Shown here piece after piece: positions 11,805 through 26,526 of a DNA stretch of 64,000 nt. Within the stretch, counting starts at the first letter, position 1, and each line of letters starts with the position of its first letter. The stretch is taken from assembly GCA_038496445.1 (NCBI GenBank), contig JALMLS010000594.1:1-64000 (forward strand), written 5' to 3'. The stretch is from Trichosphaerium sp. ATCC 40318 (taxonomy: Eukaryota; Protista; Tubulinea). Both the position numbers and the translations under genes were made by a program. The notes below the pieces were generated by a model that saw only the letters and a list, made by a program, of their open reading frames with translations, was not told the DNA's origin and searched no databases.

Positions 11805-13070
11805 TGTTACAGTTAATCAAAGGGTTAGTTAATGAATGGAATAACTAGTTAATAAACAAATAACTAGTTATTAGGCAGATTACGATGGAACTTTATTTAA
11901 GTCATACATTAATAACAGTCCAGTCATCTGTAAAGACAAGGTGAGTTGGCTGTTTGTTACAGTCAATAAACACAATCTTTACTTTGTGATTGGCAGAAAA
12001 CTGACGGGAGAAGCCATTCACTTTTACATTGTACCAGGTTTTTCTTTTTTTCTGTACAATGGGAACACTCCAAAGGGATCCATCTACCAAACGCTCATCA
12101 AGATCATATGCATCAATCTCTTCAGTTGTCATGGCTTGTTTAGTAGCAGCTAAGCAGATATGACGTTAACAATAAACCAAAGAAAAACAAACTACCTTTT
12201 TTTTTCTTGTGCTTAATCCGTATCACTGTACGAGTCCTTTTCTTCACAGGCACATTGACATCTTCACTAGCGCCAACAAGCTCTCCATATGAAGAATCTT
12301 CATCCTGAGTATGACCAGGAGAGTGCGTAACAAGCTAAAAAAATTGTGAAAAAAAAAACTCCAAAAGTATAAATGCACCTGTCGAAAGGGAGTAAAAGGA
12401 TGTCCCAATGGTGCTCTGTGCATCTTGGAGTCTTTGAATTGTTCTCTTCGACCGTCCTCTCCTGCAATCTCAACAAGGTACATACCATCTTCTCCTTGGC
12501 TAACAATTTTGCCCACACGATCATATGGAGATTCATGTGGCATTCTTTTTTTGCGAGTATTGGCACGAGCAAGAAACACAATTGTTTCAGGCTCATATTG
12601 AACCTCATCACCAAAACGTGACTTCATACGTTCTGCCATTTGTCCTTGGCGAACATTTACCTGTAACAGTCACGTTACCAAAGAATTAAAAAATATTTAC
12701 ATAAATTAACAATAAACGTACCACAGAACTCAAACGATCTTGATATGCTGATTGTTCTTCAACACCTTCAAGTACTGTTTTTGGAGTAATAGCTCCTTCT
12801 AATACTCCGAATGCTGAAATAATTAGTGAACAATAAAAAAGTAAATCTTACGCGTAATATCCCAAGGGCGCCCAAAAGTAACTTCAAATGGGCTAACTCC
12901 TGTCACTGATTGACGTGTCTTATTGTACATGGCAGAAATCTCAAAGTGGAAGTCAATCCACCTAAAAAGAGCGTAAATAAAAACAAAACACGTGAAAAAA
13001 AAAAAGGTACGTACCTGTAGCAAACTTCCGGAGAAGCATTGTCTTTATTCAAGTGTCTCCATTTCTTCTG
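11805..13070 (-). mobile_element. Intron-containing integrase-like transposon fragment (Ginger/TDD-like), one terminus present
   Basis: Spliced product has the integrase C-terminal motif W...YN.T.QS.TG.SPFEVTFGR, an ESPY (GPY/F-like) module and a Tudor/SH3-like tail (stop at 11902), with 5 introns. The flank matching the paralogous site (14411-14423) ends exactly at TGTTAC (11805). Confidence 0.7.
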
Positions 13071-14423
13071 ATCCAAACCAACCGGAGGTGTGTGATTAAA
13101 TACAGTCAACCCTGTTTATTTTTAATGTTGTATTTCATAGTTTGAGATTTCCTATGCTGTAGATCATTTGTATAGTGCTTACCTTGAACACATGTCAGGT
13201 GGACTTGCTGGTAAGCTCATAGCTACAATAAAATCATCGTTTGGGTCTGCCATATATGCTGTCGTCCCAATGACAACAGCTGGAAGGAAGAATAGTTAGT
13301 ACAGAATTGGATTTCAAGTGTACAAAGAATCTTACTTGTTGCAACTGTTGGAGGTCCTGTGTTATATCCGATACATACAGGAGTGTCCCAAAGTGATGAA
13401 AAAGAATTGACAGTAACACTACAACCCAAAGTACCATATATAGTACCCGTTACAGGTCAACAGGTTTGTAGCCGTTCCATCCATTTCCGAGTCTGTCAAG
13501 TTTCAAGTCTAGACATAATAACGTGATTATATGAACAATTGTTGGCATCAATAAAATTTATATATATGACGTACAGGAACGTAACCTGTTCAGGTCAATT
13601 TTATCAACTACCGAGTCTGTCACCAGTTCCATCTTCAAGACCTACAGCAAGATTTCCATTTTGTAGAAACGCTAAAAGAAATAAATAACAGCAAAAAGTA
13701 GATGAGACAAAACGCAAACTCGGTTCACAAAACCGAAGACGGCTTTTCGCTTTGAATAACTGCCGACACCTAAAAACGGGTTTTATTGTATTGAGACGCA
13801 CTCATTGAAATAAACGGGGACCAAGCACACAAAAACAAGGTATAGAATAAAGTTTAAAAGAGAAAGAACGTGGTTAAGAACTTACGATCGCCTATAAGCG
13901 TTCCAGACTCCAACTCAAAGCGTTGGTAAAATCTAGAGCTACTATCGTTCCAACAGCTGCTAATGTATGTTGAGCTCTTGATACATATACGATGAAACCA
14001 ATAAACAAAGGAGAAGTGGTCGTAGATACATTGTTGTTGTTATTTGTTGTTTTGGATAACCTGTGTCTGACACACAAGCACATTTTCATCATATCTGCTG
14101 ATATCACCCACTGATTTGCTCTACAGCTAACGGAGGGTACAATTAAGGGTACATGTGGCTGGCCTATCTATTGTAGGTCGCTATGTTATATCTCGGAAAC
14201 TTGAGCCCGTTGAGTCTCGCATTACACTGAGTATCCTCAACACGGAAAACAACAATCAAATAGGGGACCACAATGGTAGCAACTTGTGGTATCCATTTTT
14301 GGGTTTGCTCTCCACCTGTTTAGGCTTTTTAGGCACACATACATCCCGAGTTGAAACTAGTTAAGATTTCAGACAACTATTTTGCATTATTAACTTTTCA
14401 GTGGTCTCTTAAGTACAGTTCTC
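13040..14423 (-). pseudogene. Indel-riddled duplicate of 10360-11804 (secreted gene plus upstream region); pseudogene or assembly artefact
   Basis: Near-identical to the 10124-11383 copy but with many 1-3 nt deletions; grades into the integrase sequence near 13040-13100. Confidence 0.6.
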
Positions 14424-14793
14424 ATTCTTGTCCTCTTACTTTATAGCATTATTGAGAAAAAGAATATAATATCTATGCAGCACAGTCATCATTATTGTAC
14501 CGCGCAATGTCACTATATTCAGTACGCAGTCTTTCCAAGTAAAGTGATACTAAACAAATTGAGCCAGTTGCTACCAGCTTCCAACAGCCAAGTATTTCCA
14601 CTAAGATATTGTGAACTTTGACGAAATAACTTGTATTCTTTGAATGTATGTCGACTAATTACGCTTTTATCCTACAGCTAAGGCCACGTATCTCTTACAC
14701 GCATTCTACTCTTTCTTTTGCTCCTTATCGTTCACGTAGCAGCCATCTGGTACCTCTAAACGCGGTTATATATGCTCCACAACTAAAACTGAA

Positions 14794-15431
14794 ATGAATA
14801 CCTCAAAAACAAGCAGTTGCCATCTAAACTGTCTTCCACTGGAACTACAGCTTGATATTATAGATTTAGACTTTACAGCGTATAAAATATGGCCCTTGCT
14901 ATCAAAACACAATGCAACTACAACGAGGTTTGATGATAACCTGAGAAAACATGGTATTTGGCAACAGTATGCACAAAAAACGAAGAAGAAACAAAGCGCA
15001 AGTTGCAACAACAGTAGTGACACATTATCATCCAAGGCAAGTCCTGTATGATATTAAAAGAACAATGTTCATTTAGGAGAGGTATACAAGAGGGTGAATC
15101 TAAGGTGTGGTACAAGAACAGTAAAATATGTTCAAGAAGCCAACATTTTGTCAATGGTGAAGTTGAAGGTATTGTAAGGTCTTGGTACAAGAGTGGTCAA
15201 TTAAAAATGCAACATACTATTTCCAAAGGTAAACGACATGGTATGTACAAGAGATGGTATGAAAATGGACTGTTGAATGAGAAGTATAATTATGTTAATG
15301 GTAAACGAGATGGAGATCAAAAAGAATGGCACATGAAAGAAGGAGAAGATAAAGTCTGGACATATGAGGGTGATTTGATGAAAATATATGTATTTAAAAA
15401 CAACAAACAAGTGGTTGCTCACTACTACTAA
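14794..15431 (+). CDS. F-box-like + MORN-variant repeat protein (frameshifted near 15010-15060)
   Basis: LPLELQLDIIDLD...WPLLSK..TTRFD..L.KHG.WQ is shared with the 5935 gene; MORN repeats sit in the second ORF. Confidence 0.65.
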
Positions 15432-15884
15432 AAACTACATTACATGATGCATTGTTGTTGTTTTAAGTCAATTTTAACCCAAAAATTTGCTTCGTGCTAC
15501 GACACTCTACATGCACAACCACACAAAAACATAGTGATTGCTAAAGCTGTACACTAATGCAATTCCACTAGAGTGCTCAAGTAACACTTTTTTCCTTGCA
15601 GTCAAAAGTTGACTACTTTATGTGCGCCTTCATGGTATTTGGGACCTAGTCCAGGCTGTTTTTCAAGTTGAAAGTTCTGGGTTCTGTCATTATCAGTTTA
15701 CTCTCTTCTATCAACTAACCAAAGACAACAAAACTATAGACACTGTTGGGAGGAAGACAAAATGTTTTGTGGCTATAGCACATCGCCAAGCATTTGGCAA
15801 TATTGAAGTTTATCCAAATGTAACAGAGTAAAACACTTGCAGCCACTAAAACAAATTACTGGAAGACAAACAACTAACTGACGT

Positions 15885-16825
15885 TTATTCATATTCACAT
15901 ACAATACCAGATGAGAAAAGAAACATATTTCCAATAAGTGCAGCGCCATCCCCACGGTTGAAAGAACCATAAGTAAGATAAGCATTGAAACCAATAATCT
16001 TACCTCTCTGTGATGACGATTCAGAATCAATAACAACAATTAAAGGGTATTCGTTATCTTCGATTTTAACACGTGCAATCTGCTTTGCTTTATCATTTAC
16101 TGAACCAAGAGCAATATAATCAACATCACCATAACTATCTACACCTTGTACAATGAAGTGATTTGGGTCATCCTTAATAAAATCATATTTATAGCATTCA
16201 ATTTGTGTGCCATCAATGTTGTTTTCATCCTTATTAGGTATGATAGGCATATAGCTTCTTGTCCATTCTCCACTTGGTGTCTCTACAAATGAACAACCTG
16301 TAAAAACCCCGGAGATCACACCTGATCCGTTGTCAACACTTCTACAAAGAAAGTCTCCAAGATACTTTCCTTCTTCTTCAGCAAACCCATAATTAGAGTC
16401 AACAAAAATAGCATCGTATTTTTTATCTAGTATTCCCTTGCCAAAGTTGTTAATGTTTTGATACTCACAATTAATACCAAGCTCGGCCATCTTTCTAACC
16501 AGAAGATCTCCCTTACCTCGATTGTTAACGTACAAGTACTTTCCAACCTGTTTTCGTGGTTAGAACTACTGAAGCTTTAAAACAAGCAACGCACAACCAA
16601 GCGCTTACAAAGCGTGTAATATGGGCGTTTAAGACGTAGATCTCGTATACTAGACTCTGAAAATGTAACCGGATAACGAGACGCCAGTACTTTTCTCCAG
16701 AGGGTACGAGACTGTGCTACAAGGCGATTAAATAACCACGATACTCTCTGTAAGGCAGTCAATTGAGAAGAGTCTGTATTATCAATAATACACTGCCATA
16801 TCTCTGGAGGTACGCTGTTTGTCAT
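15885..16825 (-). CDS. F-box protein with a possible class-I GATase/ThuA-like C-terminal domain (2 exons)
   Basis: SVPPEIWQCII...LQRVSWLF...LWR F-box; a phase-0 intron joins to a domain with KYDAIFVD...NGSGVI...PNHFIVQGV...GKIIGF. Confidence 0.7.
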
Positions 16826-17221
16826 ACTTACTGTAACAATAAAACACAGTTAGACCACAGTTGACTGTTCAGCGAACAGCTTGCACATAAAGCGCTTTTT
16901 TTGAAATTTTGTTTTTGATTGATATTAATCACGTGTTTAATGTGATGCAGTCAATTACAAGTGTATTCGCCCAAAAAAGAAAGGAATTTCTCTGCGGGGT
17001 CTCCAAGACTCAAATAAACGCAAAAACAACTCATTTTAACAACATCATTTACAACTACTGTAACGTTACTTTGTTGTCATTACTATTGAGGTACATAGAA
17101 CCTTACCTTGCCTTTATTTAAGTCTACTGTATTTTGTTAAAATATTGATTGAAATATTTGATTTGTGGATGTACATAATTCAATCATAAATATTTTAACC
17201 TTAACACTTGATTGTACATTT

Positions 17222-18963
17222 TTACAGTTCTGGCTTTTCATCAAGCATGAATGTTTCAAAATCTTGTGAGGAATAACTCCAATCAGGTAGTACGCCAAAA
17301 TACCAAGGATCTTGGTTGTTAATAGCAGCCAAACATCCTTGAAGCATAAAGCTATCTAAAGAGGAGAAAACCGTTAACACCCTTTTGTGAAAAAGAAACA
17401 AAAAAAAACCTTGCATAGTTCTCATTTTTTTCTCATTTTGCTTATCAAAACGAAATTACTCTACTGTATCACGTACGTTTCGTTTGAATCTTCTTGTATG
17501 ACTTATTCCATAGATTTTTCTTATGGTACATATGAAACATTCTTATAGGTGCTTCCCAAATGACCTAACAAAGCAGTCAATAAACAAGGTCCTAGTTGCC
17601 TTTCGTTTTGCACAAAATGAAAAAAACGCACTTGTTTAAGTCCAAGTGCATGTGCTTTACATAAAAGTACACTGTCCCAATGCATATATGTACTATACAA
17701 TGCTTCATCATAACCATTTATATACTCAAAGATCTAAAACACAGATAAGAAAAGATGTAAAAAACAGCGCCAGTAAGTTGTTCTACAACGAAAGTCTTAC
17801 CTCTTTTCTCATTAGAGTAAAGTCACCACAAGCTTGTGTGTATGGTTGGTTCAAAGAAGCACGCAAAGATAATGATAAAAACATATCTCTGAATATTTGT
17901 GTAAACGACTTGAGATGGATTTGAGCCCAAGTAACAATTGGTGGATTTCTTGGCTCTTTTTCCAAAAATGAAAGAACTTGCTCTGGGGTAGACCCTTCAG
18001 GAACAAAATTTTGTGTATTTACTCGCTTGATAAAGTAGTATGCGTGAGGGTCCAACCTACATTAAAAATAAGGTAAATGAAAGCTGCAAGCGTCCAAAAA
18101 TAATCGAAACAAAAACGTAACAATTAAAAAAAAATCAAAGAAAACTTACTCGTTAGGCTTTGCAAGTTTCTGCCACATTTCGTCCGACCAAACATTATCT
18201 GCATTAGTTGCTAGTACCCAAGGTCCCTTATAAGAGTTACAAATAAAGCACACAGAGAAAATCAGATCTTGTCAAAAGCCGGCGTTGAGTTTCATTGAAC
18301 AAACAATTTGGGGTTTGCCCCAAAAGTGCCACAAATCAAAATGTCATTTCTGTATTTTCATTACCTTTGCTCTACCTATTCCAATGTTTTTTGCTATAAA
18401 CTCGTACATTCCTCTTGATTCTGAGTGCGGAAAGCTGTTGTGGAAGGATGCTGGGACAGTTATAATTTTAAGCTTCTTAATGCCTGTTTTTGGCCATTCG
18501 AACGCTTCTCTGAGCGGTCTAGCGTTTGCAGGTGGATTCCAATCGACTATTATCATTTCTACCCTTTTCTCATAGTGAATTGCGAGTACAGTTGCATAAC
18601 TGCGTACTTTACGTTGTGTTTCTTAGCCTGAGAGGCTATAGAGTCAAAAAATCTTTGAAAGCGTTTAAAACCTTCCTTTCCTCCATATTTGTCGTTTCTG
18701 AGCGTTATCACAATACTCACCCAGGTGTCATCAGTATTTACAACGTCCTGAACAAAATTGGTATTACTGTGAAACGTATGCAAAAAATGTACCATTGGTG
18801 GTAAAGGTACGCGTTTAGCCGGTTTTTGCAAAAGGAATATAATAGTAAAAGCCAGTAGTAATATAGCAAGTAGAAACCGCCTCTGACGTGAAAAAATACT
18901 GTCAAAACATGCTATACGAAGTCCTGGCAGCAATTTTGCTTCTGTTCCTTTTGTCTTTCTCAT
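17222..18963 (-). CDS. Type II membrane GT-A (GT2-like) glycosyltransferase
   Basis: N-terminal TM helix; VSIVITLRND, IIVDWNPP, AKNIGIGRAKGPWVLATNAD, GDFTLMRK and GYDE...HWDS motifs across exons. Confidence 0.75.
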
Positions 18964-19130
18964 TTTTGGTTTTAGCAGCTGTTTGGGTTCCTTTCAGCGC
19001 TTGTCAACCGGTTGCATGTAGTTTGGGCAATAACCACGTTGTACTATTAAGCGCGTTTTTCGCGGTTGGTCAAAAAATAATACGACAAAACGTTTTGAAT
19101 TCCGTTGATAGTGCGTTAGCGTCTTTCATA
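18964..19130. promoter_or_regulatory. Compact divergent (bidirectional) promoter region
   Basis: Only 167 bp separate the head-to-head start codons of the glycosyltransferase and kinase genes. Confidence 0.5.
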
Positions 19131-21628
<2,498 letters not shown>

Positions 21629-22768
21629 TTATAAAATTATTGTATAGGATCACATCGTTGCTAGTTGCTGATTAGTAGGCGATAAAATTGTAAAGTAAAG
21701 CAGGAATTTCGAATAGAAAATATTGTGTGCTTGCCTGCCACATTGCGCTGAACTCTCGAATCAGTTTTACTATTGAGAAGTGTGCGTTTTACTGTGCTAT
21801 TAGATTCCCTGTATCGGCTATCTTTACTTGGTAGCAACCTCATGAGGTCATTTTAGATTAAAGCTACGCAGTCGTATTTTCAGAAAATAGTAAAAACGTT
21901 TTTTCTTCACAGTGGTTGCTCAAACGAAACTACTGTCCTAATCGCTGCGAACCATGTTCTACTTGAGCTTTTACAGAAAAAAAAGAAGTTATTTGCAACA
22001 GCTGTGTTAGTAACGCTTAAAAGCCCTCATATCAAGAAACAACTACTGTATGGCTGTATTCGCGGTTTTAGGTAAGTAGTTGAAAAGCGTTATCACCAGC
22101 AAAAGGCAATGATTCTTCCTTTCGTTTTGAACGCTCGTAAGTCGAAGATTTTTACGTTGCAAGCATTGCGTTGAATGAACAACAAACAGGTAGAAGATGT
22201 AGCTCTTCGGAGGTTTTGGGATTGAGATGAATTCTGGAGGAGAAACACCTTAATCCGGAAGACCCACAAATCCTAATTCGGAAAAAGGAAGTTGATTCAG
22301 TAAAAAGTTTCGCACTTAATGAAATACCTTGAAAGCATCTAGGGAGCGGTATTTGGCTGTCTTAGTAGTGTGGGAGGATGTTTGAGGTCCGTGGAAAGAG
22401 AGCTATGGGAGGTTGTTGGTAAGGCGAAAAAAAGTGTTTGTGTCATAACGTGAGAAGTGTACACGCTGTTTTCGAGGTAACAAGTTGCATGAGGTGAAAT
22501 ATCTTAATTTGGAATACCCAACAGCGAAAAGCATGAACCCCGAAAATAAACTGAAGTTCAAAAACTGAGTTGTCTTTTGTTTGCATAAAAACAGTTTAAA
22601 ACTCGCGCACAATGAGCCTGACCAACTTCTATGCCGTGGTACTGCGTTCAAACCTGGTCAACATTATCAACGAGCAACCCACAATTAATTGTTGTCTAGA
22701 GCCAATCACTAAAGAAACAAAACACAATAATATCATCAAAATCAACCACAACAACTGCTGCTACTCAA

Positions 22769-23164
22769 ATGCCAAGACGAACCCCAAGTACAACACCAAG
22801 ACGGACTCACAGACAAACAGGCGACCCTGCACTGGACCTTCAAAACATCTTGGAGGCATACACACCGCTCAATCATGTCAATACAACAAGGAGAAGGCAG
22901 AGAAGGCAAAGGCGATTCAGACCTAGCTCCGAGGAAGTCAACAACTTGAAACTTCACTCACAGCTCACAAAGCTATCCTCACTTGTTAACAGCACTATAA
23001 TTACTGTCAACAACATATTCAAGTCATCAGGATCCCCAGCACACCTTAGAAGAATACATTTGGATCTCATCAGCGACCTACTTGCAATCAACCAGAAGTA
23101 TCTCCAGAAAGCAGCTGAATTGGAGACTAGTGTTTCAGACACCCCTATAGTAGTGACTCTTTAA
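22769..23164 (+). CDS. Intronless hypothetical protein, Arg-rich N-terminal half and helical C-terminal half
   Basis: 131-aa ORF with ATG and an RRRQRRQRRFR tract; no recognisable family. Confidence 0.35.
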   Translation: MPRRTPSTTPRRTHRQTGDPALDLQNILEAYTPLNHVNTTRRRQRRQRRFRPSSEEVNNLKLHSQLTKLSSLVNSTIITVNNIFKSSGSPAHLRRIHLDLISDLLAINQKYLQKAAELETSVSDTPIVVTL

Positions 23165-23662
23165 AAGGCTGGGAAACTACATTATTGTCCGTTGCAGTCA
23201 AGTCAGGCAAAAATTAAGTATCCACCAGGCATTTGCCCTCAAGAGCGACTTAAACAATTTACCAAAGCAACTTGGTGATACTGTATTTTTGACTAATTTA
23301 ACTGCATTGGACAATATAAGAGACAACAAATATGACTATGTTCAATAAAACTATTTTATTATTTTGGCAGCCACTAAAATAGATCAACATGAATTAACAT
23401 ATAACGTTCTTGCTTACTGAAACAAATGTCAACTAAACAGACATCTTTCTAGGATACTAAATACTTGTTAAGTGATAAAGGATTACTTTATTGCTGCCAA
23501 AAGTTATAGTACAACAAAAATAGTGTCATCATCTTTTGCGTGAGCTTCAGACCAATATTGTGTAGTACACATGATTTTGGTTGCTTATGAGATAATATAA
23601 GTATCTTAAAGAAATTAATAGTGACTGAAGACAAAGGCGTAGTAGTAATAGTTTGTTGACGT

Positions 23663-26075
23663 TTATTCTTTTTTTGAAAAAGTTTCCCAATCAGAAATAG
23701 CTTCTTTTAAAATCTTGATTGCCATTTCAACCATCTCATCTGTTGCAGTACAAGATAATCTAAACCAACCACAACAACCAACAGTGTAACCCTAGAGAAA
23801 AAAAAACCTCATCAGCAAGAGTAATATTGCCATCAATTTAACGTGACTGCAAAAGTAGACTGCAAAATAAAGAAAAGAAGCAGCCAAAAACTAAGCTTAG
23901 TTTTTTATCACGTGTAAATCGTGAATATTGAACTGCAACACGTGACTTTTTGTATCTCTGAGGTATTGACGAGGTGAAGATGTTTCAAATAAAAGCAATA
24001 ATAAGCAGGTTATAACGTACAGGAAGAACAAGGAGATTATGCTTCATTAAAGTTTGACAAAATAGTTTATCATCTTCAATAGGCGATTTAATAAAGATGT
24101 AGAATGTAGCCTCTGGTTCAATAAATGTCCATTTCAAGTCTCTCAACACAGATGCAACACGTTTTAGACGTTTCTACAGTGAGATTAAGGAACATAACAT
24201 TAAAAATAGTTATCCTTGAAAGCGAGGATACTTGATGGTTGTTTTTTTGGAGAAGAAGAAAGTACCTCAATAGCATGAATATCAACACTCAGTTTATCAA
24301 GCTCAGGTAAGGCATATTGCATTATTGCATTAGGTATAGCATAATTGTATACCGTTATATTTGTGTAAAGACCTTTCAAGACTTCCTAAATGAGAGCAGT
24401 AAGTATTACGCGATGTTGAAAAAACAAAAATCTAAGTTTATCGTACATCAACATGAAGCATCTTAGGATGTGCTGCAACGTATCCAAGGCGTTGACCTTT
24501 TAAAATATTAAAACAAAACTACTAATTATAAATCACGTGTTTTGTGGTATTGACATAAATAGAAAAAAAAGAAGAAAAAAGATGTTCGAATTTCGATTTG
24601 CTGATAATGACCTCAAAGGTCATTTATGTTTACCAGTCATGTGAATTTATATATTATTTGTGATAGATATTCATACCTGGATTTAGTAGTTGCTTTCCCC
24701 AAGAGTAAGAGATAAAAGTGTTGTCATAGAACTGAGAAGGAGGTACAAACTTTTTCCCTTTGAACAAAACTTTACGGTAAGGCTCATCTGATATGAGATA
24801 AATAGTCCTTCCGTTCTTTTCTGATTGCTTTCTTAGTATATCTGATAGTCTCTTGAGTTGTTCAGCAGTATAAATACGGCCTACAGGAATAAGAAAACTG
24901 ACAAGAAGGTACAGTGCCTCTGGATAAAAAAAGAGCGAAAACAGATATTGCTTCACGTACCAGTTGGGTTCTTTGGTGTATTGATCAACACGAGGCGTGT
25001 CTTGGATGTCATTGCCTTCTCAATTGCGTCAATATCAAGATCTCCATTTGTAAGGTTCAGAGGAACAGTTACAGGTTTGCAATCATGAGCAACAGCAAAA
25101 GTGCTGTAAAAAAACCATGTAGGTGTAGTGTAAATAACCTAAAGAATCAAACGTCAACACATAACAACAAAATCCACGAGCGCTTTTTAAAAGCAAAGGC
25201 GCAGGCTTATTCATTTAAGAGACGCGCGAAAATCATTAGTTCGATTTGAGGAGCCACGTCCGATCTCAGATAAAGATGAACTTAATCTAAAATTTTGGGC
25301 ACGTGACTAAAAAATGCGGAATAAAAACGTGAGTGGATTCTTACCTCATCACCTGGATCAAGTACAGTTGCGAAGCAAGTTTGTAACGCAGTGAAAGCTC
25401 CAGTAGTTTCCAATATGTGGTCGCTTTTGTATGGAATGCCAGTTGTTTCCTTCAGAAAAAAGTGTTTTAGTAAAGCAGTGTTTTCTTTGTTTGAGGCGTA
25501 TCTCAATCACTCACCTCGAGTCCTTTCGCTATATATTCACGACCTTCATTTGTTCCAGGACCTTTGTACGCAAACCATGACTATTAAACCAAAATAAGTT
25601 TAATCGTTTAAATACGTGGTTTAAATGCTATTCAAGCGTATACACAATATGTGCGAATAGTGTGGTGTGGCTTTTGTGAGATTTTCGCGATAAAAATCAC
25701 GTACAGGGTTTTTAGGTACAGCTGCTTTTTGTATTGTTTGCACTAGCTCATCTGATGCCAGCTCTTGTGGGTTTCCTAGCGATAATTAGGCTTAAGGAAG
25801 GGGAGTTTTATTATTAGTTAGTCCGCCTCGCTATTACGCTCTCTTGCGTATATCTACGTAGTTCGAAATGGTTTGAAGTGTTTTTGAAACGATTCGAAGA
25901 GAAATGTGTTTGTACGCTTCGTACCGAACAGTAAATCAGCCAATAGAGGTTTATCAGGGTCTTGTTGATTCTCAGCCATCTTTATGTTTAGCATCTCTAC
26001 AAGACCAGCAAGATCCTTGTTGTCAACAACCAGACTGGATGTCTTTTTTGATACTGGAGATGATGTTGCTGCCAT
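23663..26075 (-). CDS. PLP-dependent class I/II (aspartate-type) aminotransferase, multi-exon
   Basis: TTGAFTAL...LDPGDEV, LINTPKNPTG, LISDEPY, SYSWGKQLLNPGQRLGY (PLP lysine), ATFYIF, GWFRLS. Confidence 0.9.
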
Positions 26076-26526
26076 AGTGGAGGTGAATGAATTTGATGTT
26101 AAGCTGTATAGCGTTTCCTCGGAAAAAATCTTAAAACCACATTTGGCGGTTCTGGAAAGTGCGTATTCGCCAACAGAACTAATCAGGGGCGTTATATAGT
26201 AGCCTTTTTACCAAATACGCTATCACTAGAGCACCTTATTGAGTTAAAGGCGGAATTTGATTTTTCCGTTTGTCTGAAGCGTTAAACCTCGGAAACTGTT
26301 TGGAACGTTATGAAAACGCGTCAACATACAACGAAAAAGTTTGTGTCAACATGTCAGTCTCTGATTGCTTTATTTGCTTTAAAATCCGTACCACTTGTTG
26401 TGATGTGCACGGTACATTTGAGATATCAAAGAAACAAGCCGAGGTGTAACTGAAACCTAAATATTCAGGAAAGTCAAAAAGGAAAAGGACAAACAAACAA
26501 TCACCAAAACAAACATCTCTTACAAC

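Noticed and set aside
11902-13023. LTR retrotransposon
   Set aside because: No RT, RNase H, gag or LTR was seen, and the coding region contains spliceosomal introns.
15048-15051. Prokaryote-style ATGA translational coupling of two ORFs
   Set aside because: The paralog at 5935-6546 is a single frame, so this is more simply a frameshifted single gene.
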